Shown: positions 1 to 9,976, counted from the stretch's first letter. The stretch: 64,000 nt of DNA from Bacteroidota bacterium (GCA_004293915.1 RDZG01000069.1:2626-66625); one strand, 5' to 3'. Program-made: numbers and translations. Notes: a model not told the origin generated them from the letters alone.

Positions 1-40
1 TGATGAAATAAACAAAAAACTAAATCCAGAAATAGCGTAA
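1..40 (+). CDS. 3' end of an upstream ORF (partial, ...DEINKKLNPEIA*)
   Basis: Open frame ending in TAA at 38-40, immediately followed by a terminator hairpin. Confidence 0.35.
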   Translation, partial: DEINKKLNPEIA

Positions 41-41
41 C

Positions 42-79
42 AAAAAAAGCCGTTGATTGCTCAACGGCTTTTTGTTTTT
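42..79 (+). terminator. Intrinsic terminator (possibly bidirectional)
   Basis: AAAAAGCCGTTGA-TTGC-TCAACGGCTTTTT perfect stem with A and T tracts. Confidence 0.85.
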
Positions 80-198
80 GTATATATTTGCATCACCACA
101 AATTAAACACATACATTATGGATAGCAAATATATAAAATTTATCATACTTGCAATAGAAATTATTTTTGCAGCTATTGTAACTAAATTCTTTTAAAAC

Positions 199-462
199 AT
201 GGTTTATACTGATATTATACTAATGATACTTACACTTGGAATATCATTTTATATTGCACTGCATTATGAATATGAAATTAAACAAGAAAAAAAATGGGTA
301 GAATTTGAAAAGAAAATTTTTGAAATGCTTGAATCTGAAAAAATAAGAGAAGAGCAAAAAGAAGCCTACAATCAAATTTATTTGGATATGAAAAAAAATA
401 GAGAAGAAACCGAAACTTGGATTAAAAACTTATTCAAAATAAATAATTTGAAAATTGACTAA
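199..462 (+). CDS. Small membrane-anchored hypothetical protein (element cargo); possibly the distal part of an interrupted 118..462 ORF
   Basis: N-terminal hydrophobic stretch then charged coiled-coil; TATATTTG promoter-like site at 83-90; convergent 4-nt overlap with the integrase. Confidence 0.5.
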   Translation: MVYTDIILMILTLGISFYIALHYEYEIKQEKKWVEFEKKIFEMLESEKIREEQKEAYNQIYLDMKKNREETETWIKNLFKINNLKID

Positions 463-1574
463 CCCATTTTTTTCAAAATACCATCTATCTGAATATCAGA
501 ATAATGTTTGAGTGTGATGTCTATTTTTTGATGCCCTAGCATATCGGCAATAGTTCGCCTATCGAGACCTTTCGATTCCCAAAAGTTGGCAAATGTTTTT
601 CTGCCACTATGTGTAGTGATGTTTTTTGAGATACCTACCATTTCGATAACGTTTTTGAGATAGGTATTGTATTTTTGAAGCGAAATCAACGGCAGCGAAT
701 TGCCATATTTTTGCCATATCGTTTGAGCCTTATCAAAAAGTGGCAATACATAGCGTGAGCCTGTTTTTTCTCGAAAGCCCTCGATGTAAAGTGTGGTTTG
801 ATGCGATTTTATAAACTCAGCCTTAAACTCTTTCATGGTGCTGTAATCCATGCCGGTATAACATTGCCACAAAAACAAATCTTTGACACGCTGCAAACTG
901 GGTTGAACCACATTAAAATTTTCTAAATCCGCAAGCTCTGTTAGTGTAAGGTATATTTTGGGTTTGGCTTTTGTAGGTAAATACTCTACATACAACAGCG
1001 GATTGTCTTTTATATGCCCTAATCTATGAGCGTGTTTGATAACCGAACCAAGGGCTTGTATGTTTTTGTTGATATAAACCGATGCGTATTTTTGAGTAAT
1101 TAGATAATCTTTGAACCGCTCAGTAAAAGCCATATCTACATCGTTTATTGCTATTTTCTCATTTTTGAGAAACTTTAGATATTCCTGCATGTTGTTTTTT
1201 CGTGTGATATAGGTTTGAACCGTTCTAAATTCTTTTTCCTGCTTTCTTTTGTGTTCAATAAGTTGTTCGTAAACATGAAATAAAAGTACTGGAGGTTTGG
1301 CAGAATTGAGATACATATCTTTGAGCGATTCTGGCGAATAATTTTGCTCAGCCAAATCCATACCATTTTTGATTTCAAATATTTTATTTTTTATTTTTTC
1401 GATTTCTCTTTGCAAATAAAATGTAGTAGAAAGCTGCAAATCTTGATTCCATTCTGTGGGGTTGCACTTAATACCCGTGCTAAAATCCACACATTTTTGT
1501 TTTCCAATTGTGAAATAGCAATATATTGTACGTTTTCTAAGCCAAAAATAAATATTAAAATGTTGGTTTTGCAT
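459..1574 (-). CDS. Tyrosine recombinase/integrase, Bacteroidota type (arm-binding, SAM-like and catalytic domains)
   Basis: N-terminal FSTGIKCNPTEWN; DLFLWQCYTGMDY; REKT; HSGRKTF; MLGH; KHY catalytic Tyr. Confidence 0.92.
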   Translation of the reverse strand: MQNQHFNIYFWLRKRTIYCYFTIGKQKCVDFSTGIKCNPTEWNQDLQLSTTFYLQREIEKIKNKIFEIKNGMDLAEQNYSPESLKDMYLNSAKPPVLLFHVYEQLIEHKRKQEKEFRTVQTYITRKNNMQEYLKFLKNEKIAINDVDMAFTERFKDYLITQKYASVYINKNIQALGSVIKHAHRLGHIKDNPLLYVEYLPTKAKPKIYLTLTELADLENFNVVQPSLQRVKDLFLWQCYTGMDYSTMKEFKAEFIKSHQTTLYIEGFREKTGSRYVLPLFDKAQTIWQKYGNSLPLISLQKYNTYLKNVIEMVGISKNITTHSGRKTFANFWESKGLDRRTIADMLGHQKIDITLKHYSDIQIDGILKKMG

Positions 1575-1727
1575 TGTAGTAAAATTTAAAAAGGTGTAGT
1601 AAATGTGTAAAATTCTAGTTATCGTATTTATATTACTAATTGATAATCAGATAGTTATGTATAGCATCTATATATATGTAATAAAACAAAAAAGGTGTAG
1701 TAAAAACACTGTTTTTACTACACCTTT
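1575..1727. repeat. Repeated TGTAGTAAA motifs, including a perfect 18-bp inverted repeat; candidate integrase arm-type sites
   Basis: TGTAGTAAA at 1575, 1595 and 1696, and inverted at 1714-1722; AAAGGTGTAGTAAAAACA-C-TGTTTTTACTACACCTTT at 1691-1727. Confidence 0.7.
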
Positions 1728-1757
1728 AGGCTTAAAACGCTGATAATCAGTTAATAG

Positions 1758-1831
1758 TCGGGGTGGCAGGATTCGAACCTACGACCTCTTGGTCCCAAAC
1801 CAAGCGCGATACCGGGCTACGCTACACCCCG
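1758..1831 (-). tRNA. tRNA-Pro(TGG)
   Basis: Reverse complement CGGGGTG...CTTGG-TT-TGG-GA-CCAAG...GGTTCGAATCC...CACCCCGA folds as a cloverleaf; CCA not encoded. Confidence 0.97.
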
Positions 1832-1845
1832 AATTTTTCGGATTG

Positions 1846-1853
1846 CAAAGGTA
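1846..1853 (-). promoter_or_regulatory. Bacteroidota -7 promoter element for tRNA-Pro
   Basis: TACCTTTG (TAnnTTTG) on the minus strand about 15 nt upstream of the tRNA. Confidence 0.6.
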
Positions 1854-1896
1854 ATGAAGTTTTTTGATTTATCATTAACTTTGTGAAAAAATTAAG

Positions 1897-1985
1897 TGGA
1901 GAGAGAGGGATTCGAACCCTCGATACAGTTTAACCCGTACGGCAGTTTAGCAAACTACTGGTTTCAGCCACTCACCCATCTCTCC
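1897..1985 (-). tRNA. tRNA-Ser(GCT)
   Basis: GGAGAGA/TCTCTCC acceptor stem, GTAGT-TT-GCT-AA-ACTGC anticodon arm, long variable arm, GGGTTCGAATCCC T-arm. Confidence 0.96.
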
Positions 1986-2003
1986 TTCAATTTTTTCGGA
2001 CTG

Positions 2004-2011
2004 CAAATATA
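2004..2011 (-). promoter_or_regulatory. Bacteroidota -7 promoter element for tRNA-Ser
   Basis: TATATTTG on the minus strand upstream of the tRNA. Confidence 0.6.
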
Positions 2012-2075
2012 GAAGTGGCTTTTTGATAATCAAATTTTATATTGATTTATTTCTATATTTTTTTAATCATCTTTT

Positions 2076-5000
2076 TTATAAAAATGAACTACACCAATGG
2101 CATTTCTCATCGTTGCAACCCGTGTAAAAATCGTGATTCATTATTTTTATATAAGTATCTTTAATTTGATTTTTTACAATTTCTTCATCTTCGGGTGTAA
2201 CCACAATTTTATGTTTAACAAAGTTGTTGTCTTTATCGGGTTGCAATAAATCTATTTCACCCGAAACCATGTGCCAATCTTGGTTTTTATTGTTATCTAT
2301 CAATAATTTATAAAATACAATTTGACGCCAATAATCTCCACCATGTAATTTTTCAAAAGTTGATGTTTCATCTGCATCAGCATTTGGACGTATTAATTTC
2401 TTTTTCGCATTTTCTGGTTTTCCCGTTTTATAGTCAATTACATTTACTTCGTTTCCTCTCTTTTCTATTTTGTCAATTTTGCCTGTGATTGGAACTTCAT
2501 CTAATAACACAATAGAAAAATCGTATTCTGTTTCCACATTTTTTTCCCATGTATTAATATAATTTTCATAATAAAGCGGCAATATTTGTTCGGCATATTC
2601 TTTTTTGAGCAAATATTCTTCTTCGGTAAAATGCGAAGCATAGCGTGTTAGACCCAAATTAAAAAAGTACTCAAAACGTTCCAAAGTTGGAAATTGTTTG
2701 TTCCAATCTGCTAACATGGCTTTAAAAAACTGGTCGATAGCATAGTGGTAAGCATTTCCAAACGCAGCATCGGCTGTTCGAGCAGTTGGTATTTTGAGTA
2801 TATTTTCAAAATAAAATGTAAGTGGGCAACTTAAATATTTGCTCAAATGCGTAACACTTAATTTATAATTTCTCAAAACTTGATTGATATGCGATTTTTC
2901 GTATGCTTCAATCACTGGTTTAGGACTTTCAGCAAGTAGCATAATCAAAAATTCTGCCATTTCTTGATTTTTAACTGTTTTACTAACAGGCAAAATACCT
3001 GCTTTATCTATCAATTCTTGAATAAATTGTGATTTTTCTAAAGTGCCTTCTTTTATATCTTTATCGCTGGTTTTCATCACTGGATACGATAAAAATATTT
3101 GCTCCTTTGCACGAGTCATTGCCACATAAAACAACCTGCGTTCTTCTTCAATATCTTTTTTAGAAATATCAAACTCGTCAATTGGTGGGAATTTAATTTG
3201 TTCTCCTTTTGTACTTTTTTTCTCCCACGATTTGCTTTCGCAATTAATTAAATAAACTGTTTTAAACTCCAATCCTTTGGAAGAATGTGCAGTTATAAAA
3301 TGTACTCCAGCCTCTTGCGAAACAATTTGTTCTATTGCAAGTTCAACTCCATTTTCATTCATTTTTGAAATCATACTCAAAAACTGCGTAAGTGTAATTT
3401 CAGGATTTTTGACCGATTCTTCTTTTAAAAAATCAAAAAAACTTGTTAATGTTTGTAGCAAAAGTATTTTTTCGGAAGATTTTAATATATAGTTAATCAA
3501 CTTTAAATCAGTTAATAACTTTTCGAAAACAACTTGTAAAGTATGATTATGAACATTTTTAATTCCATTTTCGATTGCAAAACTCAATGCCAAAATTTCT
3601 TTTTCAGACGAAATAGAAAGCTTTTGCATTTCGGCTTCGTTTGCTAAAAACGTACGCCATTTGAGTTTATTGGCTGCAATATGAAGGGCAATTTTTGAAA
3701 TATCATTTGTATTAATATTGAAAAAGTCAAAAAATAAGGCTTTAGAAATAATGAAATTACCACTTTCAAAAGCTTGATTTTCGGCATCGATATAACTCAA
3801 AATAGCTGTTAATTTCTTAATAAAAGGCGTTTTGAGTATATTTAGTCTTTTTCGAATGTTATATGGAATTTGTTTTTGGTCGAAAACTTTTATAATTTTT
3901 TCAACATCTTTTTTATTGCGGTATAAAATGGCAATTTCGTTCAAATCCTCCCCATTATTTTTTTTGTTTTCGATTTCAAAAGCAATATCAGCAGCTTCGT
4001 GAAAGGCATTATTATAGGCTCTAATTTCGATTTCGTTGGTTTGAATTTGTTTTTTTGAAACTAAATTTTTTGCTAATTTTTGTCCTTGTTTTTCAAAATT
4101 ATCAATCAAATTAGTATCAAGAACTAAGCGAGTAATATTATGTTCAATAGAAGCTTTGCTTGCATCCAAAATTGCTTGTGTGGAGCGATAGTTTTGTGTT
4201 AAAACTATTGCTTTTAAATTTTCATTATATTGAGCTACAAATTGTTTAATACGCTCGTTTTCAGCACCTTGAAAACTATAAATGGACTGGTCGTCATCGC
4301 CTACGACAAATAAATTTGGGTTATCTTCCCAAAAAGATACCAACAAACTCAAAATTTTATTTTGGGAGCCATTTGTATCTTGAAACTCATCTACTAAAAT
4401 ATACTGAAATTGTTCTTGATAACGAGCCAAAAGATTTTCATGTATTTCAAAAGCATTGATTACCCAGTGAATCATATCGTTAAAATCATATCTTTCGGCT
4501 TTTTTCATTTTTTGTTGAAAAACAGGAAAAAGCAAAACCGCATCTATAAACTTTTCTATTTTTTTGGTTTCCTCTAAAACAAGGCGTGGATTTGCATCTC
4601 CTTTTTGATATTCTTTTGTATTTCGTTTATATTGGTATTCAGGAATATCAGGCAACGATTTTATGTATTCTTCGGCTTGATAAATCAAATCTTCGGGTAC
4701 ATAATTTTCTTTTTTAATGGTTTCAAATAATTTTTTTAATGCGATATAAGCAGAATAAATATTACCCGTATATTTTTTAAAACGATTGCCAGCAGGTAGA
4801 TTGTTTATTAAATCATAATAAACATCTATGGTTTCGAGTTCTGAAATAGGCTGCAAATCCTGACTATCGCCAAAATACTGCCTATTATCTTGAATAATGG
4901 TGTTACAAAACGAGTGAAAGGTATAAATATGTACTTTGTATGCCTCAGCACCAATAAATTCTGACAAACGTTTTCGCATTGCAACAGCACCAGCATCGGT

Positions 5001-5198
5001 ATAAGTTAGGCATAAAATATTGTGTGGAAAAATGTCTGGAATTTGTAATATTTTACCAATTCGGAGCGAAAGAATTTGTGTTTTTCCTGTTCCAGGTCCT
5101 GCCAATACTAAAACTGGACCTTCTGTAGTTTCAATAGCCACACGTTGCTCAGCATTTGCTTTTGCAATTGCCGCTTCAAAAATCGGATTTGTAATCAT
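2076..5198 (-). CDS. UvrD/PcrA-family ATP-dependent DNA helicase with C-terminal PD-(D/E)XK nuclease domain
   Basis: AGPGTGKT, VDEFQDTN, VGDDDQSIY, NYRS, HSSKGLEF, EERRLFYVAMTRAK; C-terminal GKIDKI...IDYKTG and Cys cluster. Confidence 0.93.
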   Translation of the reverse strand: MITNPIFEAAIAKANAEQRVAIETTEGPVLVLAGPGTGKTQILSLRIGKILQIPDIFPHNILCLTYTDAGAVAMRKRLSEFIGAEAYKVHIYTFHSFCNTIIQDNRQYFGDSQDLQPISELETIDVYYDLINNLPAGNRFKKYTGNIYSAYIALKKLFETIKKENYVPEDLIYQAEEYIKSLPDIPEYQYKRNTKEYQKGDANPRLVLEETKKIEKFIDAVLLFPVFQQKMKKAERYDFNDMIHWVINAFEIHENLLARYQEQFQYILVDEFQDTNGSQNKILSLLVSFWEDNPNLFVVGDDDQSIYSFQGAENERIKQFVAQYNENLKAIVLTQNYRSTQAILDASKASIEHNITRLVLDTNLIDNFEKQGQKLAKNLVSKKQIQTNEIEIRAYNNAFHEAADIAFEIENKKNNGEDLNEIAILYRNKKDVEKIIKVFDQKQIPYNIRKRLNILKTPFIKKLTAILSYIDAENQAFESGNFIISKALFFDFFNINTNDISKIALHIAANKLKWRTFLANEAEMQKLSISSEKEILALSFAIENGIKNVHNHTLQVVFEKLLTDLKLINYILKSSEKILLLQTLTSFFDFLKEESVKNPEITLTQFLSMISKMNENGVELAIEQIVSQEAGVHFITAHSSKGLEFKTVYLINCESKSWEKKSTKGEQIKFPPIDEFDISKKDIEEERRLFYVAMTRAKEQIFLSYPVMKTSDKDIKEGTLEKSQFIQELIDKAGILPVSKTVKNQEMAEFLIMLLAESPKPVIEAYEKSHINQVLRNYKLSVTHLSKYLSCPLTFYFENILKIPTARTADAAFGNAYHYAIDQFFKAMLADWNKQFPTLERFEYFFNLGLTRYASHFTEEEYLLKKEYAEQILPLYYENYINTWEKNVETEYDFSIVLLDEVPITGKIDKIEKRGNEVNVIDYKTGKPENAKKKLIRPNADADETSTFEKLHGGDYWRQIVFYKLLIDNNKNQDWHMVSGEIDLLQPDKDNNFVKHKIVVTPEDEEIVKNQIKDTYIKIMNHDFYTGCNDEKCHWCSSFL

Positions 5199-5210
5199 GT
5201 TTTAAAATTG

Positions 5211-7940
5211 TTATCGAATAATCTGTACCCAACCTTTTCGGGTTTGTTTTTGTTTTGCCGGATTTAAAACATCAAATTCTACAATTACTGAAAAATAATA
5301 AATTCCATCGGGCTGTCCAGCTCCATCCCAATTGATGTTGATGTCGTTTCCTGAAAAAACTTTTGTTCCCCAACGATTGTAAATGGTACTAACAACAGAT
5401 TTTACCAATCGAGTTGGCTTTTTGGGTTCAAAAACATCGTTTATGCCATCTTTTGGATCGGGTGTAAACACATTTGGAAGTTCAAAATATTCAAACGATT
5501 CGCAAGCAGAAACATCAATACAAGCTTGATTACTAAAAACACTTTCGATTAAATTTCCATTTTCTAAAAAACGATAGGTTTTGACTTTATAACAGCCAAA
5601 AAACCGACTATTACCATCTGTAAAAACCGAATCAGGAGCTTTTACATCTGCAATTTGTACATAATCTGCTTCGTTGGACAATTGGGAATAAAATAATTTT
5701 GTACCTACAACTGTATTTTCGCAATCTAAATTTAGAAGAATTTTCCATTTCAATTCTACTTTACTTTTTTCAATATCACAATCTATAGGACTTAATTTCA
5801 ACTCGGGTGGACAAGGTGGCAACGAATCTTTTGGAATAGCATCTACCACAAGTTGCGAATTGTTTAGTAAGGAATCTAAAATAATTCCTGTATTGGTTAA
5901 ATTTGGGCATCCAAATTCATATTTTCCATTCGTTTTTACATAATAAGTATATTTATTTCCGTTGATTAGTGGTTCGGTATTTTGACCAATATCATCAAAA
6001 TTAGTGCTAGTTGTTGTTCCAATTAACACAAAACCAGCTGATGTAGTAAGTTTATATATTGAAGTTGGGTAACTATTTTTCCAAGATGTTTGCGTTTTTC
6101 GCCATGTCAAAGTTATTTTTTTGTTTTTAGAAATGGCTTCTAAAAATACTGACGAAGACTCTTCTGTTGTATATTTTATCGTATTTGCAGTTCCAAACCG
6201 ATAGCCGATTTTATAAAAATATTGCTTTTGGGTTGTATTTAAACCAAAATCAGTAAAAACAGTATCGTTTAAAGCTGATATTGTGGTAATAACTTCATAA
6301 GTACCAGCATTTTCTTTTCGGAATACTTGGTACGAATAGGGTGGGGGATTTAAAATCGGGTCTATATCTTTTGGTTTTTTCCAACGCACAAAAATTTGTC
6401 CATTATTGAGCGAAGTTGATGTAACCGAAACATTTATCAAAAACGGAATATCGTTGCGCAATTGAGAACATGACATCAAAGACGGTTTGCTTTCTCCGCC
6501 TCCCAAATCGGTATGCCGGGCAAATACATAATAGCAATATTTTTTCCCGTACGTAACATTTGTGTCTATAAAAGTACTCGCTCCACTTTGTGTTACAATA
6601 CCAATTTCTTCAAATCCATTAATACTTTTATTTCCTTTTGCACATGAGTCAATTGTAAAAGGAGTTTCATCACAGGTTTTTCGCATAATATGATATTCTG
6701 GACTTCTGCTGTTTCTGCATAAATACCTATTCCAAGATAATTTTATAGAATCATTTGATGGCAAAGCAACAAAACCTGTGATGGCAGGCCCGTTTACCTG
6801 AATCGACCACGATTTTATATCAACTAATGGTACAAGAGCATCTTTATCATCTACCTTAAAAACAGGAATATAAGGTTGATCTCTAATGTGTTCGCAAGTG
6901 GTTTGCCAATTAAAAATTAGTTTTGCAGGGTTTGATAATAATAAAGGGTTTCCTATGGGAGAAATTGTAGCTTTATTTGTTGCTAATTCAAACGGACCAC
7001 TAAAATATGACATTTCTATTTGATTACTTTCCAAATCGGTACCAATTATAGTACCAACCAGTAGTTTTGTAGCCGAAATACAGGTATCTTTAGGTACAGT
7101 TAGCTCAGGTTTTGTATTGTTAGATTTTACAATTTCGACTTGCATATCACGAGTCAAATACCCAATCTGAATACCATTTCTAAATTCTTTAACAATAAAA
7201 GCAATATTATATTCACCTTCTATACAAGGTTTATTCCAAGTAATTGTGCCTGAAATGGCATCAATTGAAATTTGCGAACTACATGCACCAGAACTAAAAG
7301 ATGGGTCATTAACAGGTTTAAAACCTAAAATATCTCTGCCTGAAGTTGAACCATCTGGAAAATCTTTACTTGGAATTAATTGATATACTAACGAATCGCC
7401 ATCAGCATCAAACGAACCTGGGTTGTGTATAAAAACCTGTCCAACAGCACCTTTATCGATTGGCGGAACTTTTAATGCTGGTGTGCTATTTGAACCTAAG
7501 AACGGATCAATCAAAAGTTGCGTTTCGATATAAAAACTAGTATTCCCAGAACTAGGAATGTTTTGTATGCCCACATTTCTATATTTAATATATGTAAAAA
7601 CAGTATATTTTCCTGAATTAGTATAGGTATGTGTAAATTCAAATTTAAGTTGTTGGGTATTAGGTGTTAATTGTGTTCGTAAAATCAAATTGGAAGTAAC
7701 TGTATTGCCATCTCCTAAATACAAAACTGCAGAAGTTTCATCAGCTACAACATTGCTGTTTCTATATATAAATAATGTAAATTTATAAGTATTGCTGCTC
7801 GAATTGCCAATTTTTGTGGCAATAATTTCTCCAGCACGAATGTGTGTAGCAAAGGTTTTTAAAGTGGATATAAAAAATAAAAAACAAAATATAAATACGA
7901 TTTTTGAAATCTGATTCATCAAACTTTTGAGTAAATTCAT
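5211..7940 (-). CDS. Secreted protein with fibronectin-like repeats and gliding-motility-associated (T9SS type B) C-terminal domain
   Basis: Signal peptide then ATHIRAGEI; C-terminal LPNVFTP..DGINDVF..IYNRWG..WDG..GIYYF..KGWVQIIR. Confidence 0.88.
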   Translation of the reverse strand: MNLLKSLMNQISKIVFIFCFLFFISTLKTFATHIRAGEIIATKIGNSSSNTYKFTLFIYRNSNVVADETSAVLYLGDGNTVTSNLILRTQLTPNTQQLKFEFTHTYTNSGKYTVFTYIKYRNVGIQNIPSSGNTSFYIETQLLIDPFLGSNSTPALKVPPIDKGAVGQVFIHNPGSFDADGDSLVYQLIPSKDFPDGSTSGRDILGFKPVNDPSFSSGACSSQISIDAISGTITWNKPCIEGEYNIAFIVKEFRNGIQIGYLTRDMQVEIVKSNNTKPELTVPKDTCISATKLLVGTIIGTDLESNQIEMSYFSGPFELATNKATISPIGNPLLLSNPAKLIFNWQTTCEHIRDQPYIPVFKVDDKDALVPLVDIKSWSIQVNGPAITGFVALPSNDSIKLSWNRYLCRNSRSPEYHIMRKTCDETPFTIDSCAKGNKSINGFEEIGIVTQSGASTFIDTNVTYGKKYCYYVFARHTDLGGGESKPSLMSCSQLRNDIPFLINVSVTSTSLNNGQIFVRWKKPKDIDPILNPPPYSYQVFRKENAGTYEVITTISALNDTVFTDFGLNTTQKQYFYKIGYRFGTANTIKYTTEESSSVFLEAISKNKKITLTWRKTQTSWKNSYPTSIYKLTTSAGFVLIGTTTSTNFDDIGQNTEPLINGNKYTYYVKTNGKYEFGCPNLTNTGIILDSLLNNSQLVVDAIPKDSLPPCPPELKLSPIDCDIEKSKVELKWKILLNLDCENTVVGTKLFYSQLSNEADYVQIADVKAPDSVFTDGNSRFFGCYKVKTYRFLENGNLIESVFSNQACIDVSACESFEYFELPNVFTPDPKDGINDVFEPKKPTRLVKSVVSTIYNRWGTKVFSGNDININWDGAGQPDGIYYFSVIVEFDVLNPAKQKQTRKGWVQIIR

Positions 7941-8002
7941 AATGTAAAAGTAATGTATAACAGATAAAGTTATACACTTAATGAATATTTTCTATAATAT
8001 TT

Positions 8003-8032
8003 TTTGTTTACTACAAAAAATCGCTATTTTTG
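8003..8032 (+). promoter_or_regulatory. Bacteroidota -33/-7 promoter for rplS
   Basis: TTTG (8003-8006), 18-nt spacer, TATTTTTG (8025-8032). Confidence 0.6.
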
Positions 8033-8072
8033 CAGTCCTTTTTAGAGAAGATATACAAATAACAACATAGAG

Positions 8073-8432
8073 ATGAGCAAAATATTAGATTTTGTAAATG
8101 CAGAAATTGCTGGAGAAATTAAAAAATCGCAACCTGATTTCAAAGCAGGTGATACCGTGAATGTACACGTAAAAATTAAAGAAGGAGCAAAAGAGCGAGT
8201 TCAACAATATCAAGGTGTTGTGCTTCAACGCAGAAACAGTGGACATCCTGGCGAAACTTTTACAGTTCGTAAAATTTCAAATGGTATAGCTGTAGAGCGT
8301 ATTTTTCCAATTCTTTCACCATCAATCGAAAAGCTTGAATTGGTTCGTAGAGGTAAAGTTCGCAGAGCTCGTTTGTTTTACTTACGCGATGCAAAAGGAA
8401 AAAGTGCTCGTATCAAAGAGAAAAAAATGTAG
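8073..8432 (+). CDS. rplS: 50S ribosomal protein L19
   Basis: [38 protein letters not shown]. Confidence 0.98.
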   Translation: MSKILDFVNAEIAGEIKKSQPDFKAGDTVNVHVKIKEGAKERVQQYQGVVLQRRNSGHPGETFTVRKISNGIAVERIFPILSPSIEKLELVRRGKVRRARLFYLRDAKGKSARIKEKKM

Positions 8433-8455
8433 TTTGTTTTCAAACCTATATTTAG

Positions 8456-8489
8456 AAAAAGCTCCAATCAGAAAATTGGAGCTTTTTTT
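8456..8489 (+). terminator. Intrinsic terminator after rplS
   Basis: AAAAAGCTCCAAT-CAGAAA-ATTGGAGCTTTTTTT. Confidence 0.9.
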
Positions 8490-8553
8490 ATATGAAAATA
8501 AATTTTAAAGACATAAAAAATGACTATTTTTGTATTGTTATTTTTACAACTAA

Positions 8554-9414
8554 ATGAATGCAAAATATATAAATCCGTTTACTGACTTTGGATTTAAAAA
8601 AATATTTGGAGAAGAAGCAAGTAAGTTGTTGCTTATCGACTTCTTAAATGCTTTATTGCCTCAAACCAATAAAATAGTTGATCTTACATTTAAAAATACC
8701 GAACATTTAGGACAAACAGAAATAGATAGAAAAGCTGTTTATGATATATTTTGCGAAAATGAAACAGGAGAAAAATTTATTGTAGAACTTCAAAAAGCCA
8801 AACAAAATTATTTTAAAGAACGAACCATTTATTACTCCACATTTCCAATTAGAGAACAAGCCGAAAAAGGAGAATGGAATTATAATTTAAAAATGGTTTA
8901 TTGTATTGGTATTTTGGATTTTACCTTTGACGATTACAAAGATGAACCTGAAAAAAACGAGGTAGTACATACCATAAAATTGAAAAACCAAAATGGAAAA
9001 ACATTTTATGACAAACTAACTTATATTTATATCGAAATGCCTAACTTTAAACAAAGCGAGGCAAATCTAAAAACCAGATTGGATAAATGGTTGTATTTCA
9101 TTAAACATTTAGAAGATTTTCAGACCATACCAACCATTTTTAAAGACGAAGTATTTACCATTGCATTTGAAAAAGCAGAAATTTCTAAATTTGGGCAAGC
9201 CGAATTGAAGAGTTATGAAATGAATTTAAAAATGTATAGAGATTATAAAAATACGGTTGATACAGCTTTTGATGAAGGGAAATTAGAGGGAAAATCAGAA
9301 GGAATAATAGAAGGGAAAATACAAACAGCTAAACAACTGAAAAAATTGGGAATTGAAATTTCTATTATAGAAAAATCAACTGGTCTAACAAATGAAATAA
9401 TAGAAAAACTATAA
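8554..9414 (+). CDS. Rpn-family (PD-(D/E)XK nuclease/putative transposase) protein
   Basis: YINPFTDFGFKKIFG, YDIFCE, IVELQ, ERTIYY, IEMPNF, C-terminal EGK repeats and HTH-like tail. Confidence 0.9.
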   Translation: MNAKYINPFTDFGFKKIFGEEASKLLLIDFLNALLPQTNKIVDLTFKNTEHLGQTEIDRKAVYDIFCENETGEKFIVELQKAKQNYFKERTIYYSTFPIREQAEKGEWNYNLKMVYCIGILDFTFDDYKDEPEKNEVVHTIKLKNQNGKTFYDKLTYIYIEMPNFKQSEANLKTRLDKWLYFIKHLEDFQTIPTIFKDEVFTIAFEKAEISKFGQAELKSYEMNLKMYRDYKNTVDTAFDEGKLEGKSEGIIEGKIQTAKQLKKLGIEISIIEKSTGLTNEIIEKL

Positions 9415-9462
9415 GTTTGAATTACATAAGTTTATATTTTTTAAAAAAATGATTCAAAAATA

Positions 9463-9921
9463 ATGAAAGATAAAATCGAGAAATCGGTAAATATTAGAAA
9501 CAAAAAAGCAAGTTTTGAATATCATTTCTTGGAAACATACACGGCTGGAATTGTGTTGAGAGGCACCGAGATAAAATCTATACGTCAGCAAAAGGTAAAT
9601 ATGCAAGATGCCTATTGCTATGTACAAGATAATAGTTTACGGATTAAAAATTTTCATATCTCATCTTACGAATCGGGTTCTTGGCTAAACCATGATCCAT
9701 TGCGAGAACGTATATTATTATTAAAGAAAAAAGAAATAAGAAAAATCACTTCAAGTCTTGAAGACCAAGGTGTTACAGTTATTCCAACTCGCATTTATAT
9801 TTCGGATAGAGGTTTTGCAAAAATGGAAATTGCAGTAGCAAAAGGTAAAAAACTTTACGACAAACGAGAAGACCTAAAAGAAAAAGATTCTAAACGAGAA
9901 ATGAAATCTATTGAATTTTAA
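9463..9921 (+). CDS. smpB: SsrA-binding protein SmpB
   Basis: NKKASFEY, AGIVLRGTEIKSIR, NHDPLRERILLL, KGKKLYDKRE. Confidence 0.97.
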   Translation: MKDKIEKSVNIRNKKASFEYHFLETYTAGIVLRGTEIKSIRQQKVNMQDAYCYVQDNSLRIKNFHISSYESGSWLNHDPLRERILLLKKKEIRKITSSLEDQGVTVIPTRIYISDRGFAKMEIAVAKGKKLYDKREDLKEKDSKREMKSIEF

Positions 9922-9976
9922 TTAAAACATTCAGGTTAATTTTATAATTTTGTATAAAAATATTATTAAATAAAAA

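Larger units (their letters stand above)
1..1757. mobile_element. End of an integrated element (prophage or integrative island) inserted at the 3' end of tRNA-Pro; it continues beyond the left edge
   Basis: Tyrosine integrase directly downstream of the tRNA 3' end, with repeated arm-like sites in between. Confidence 0.7.

Noticed and set aside
1897-1897. tRNA-Ser(GCT) has an A discriminator rather than the common G
   Set aside because: Single base; seryl-tRNA synthetase relies mainly on the variable arm, and I cannot compare with relatives here
2076-5198. Helicase-nuclease fusion next to an integrated element as a possible defence gene
   Set aside because: It lies on the chromosomal side of the tRNAs and this architecture is a common Bacteroidota housekeeping form
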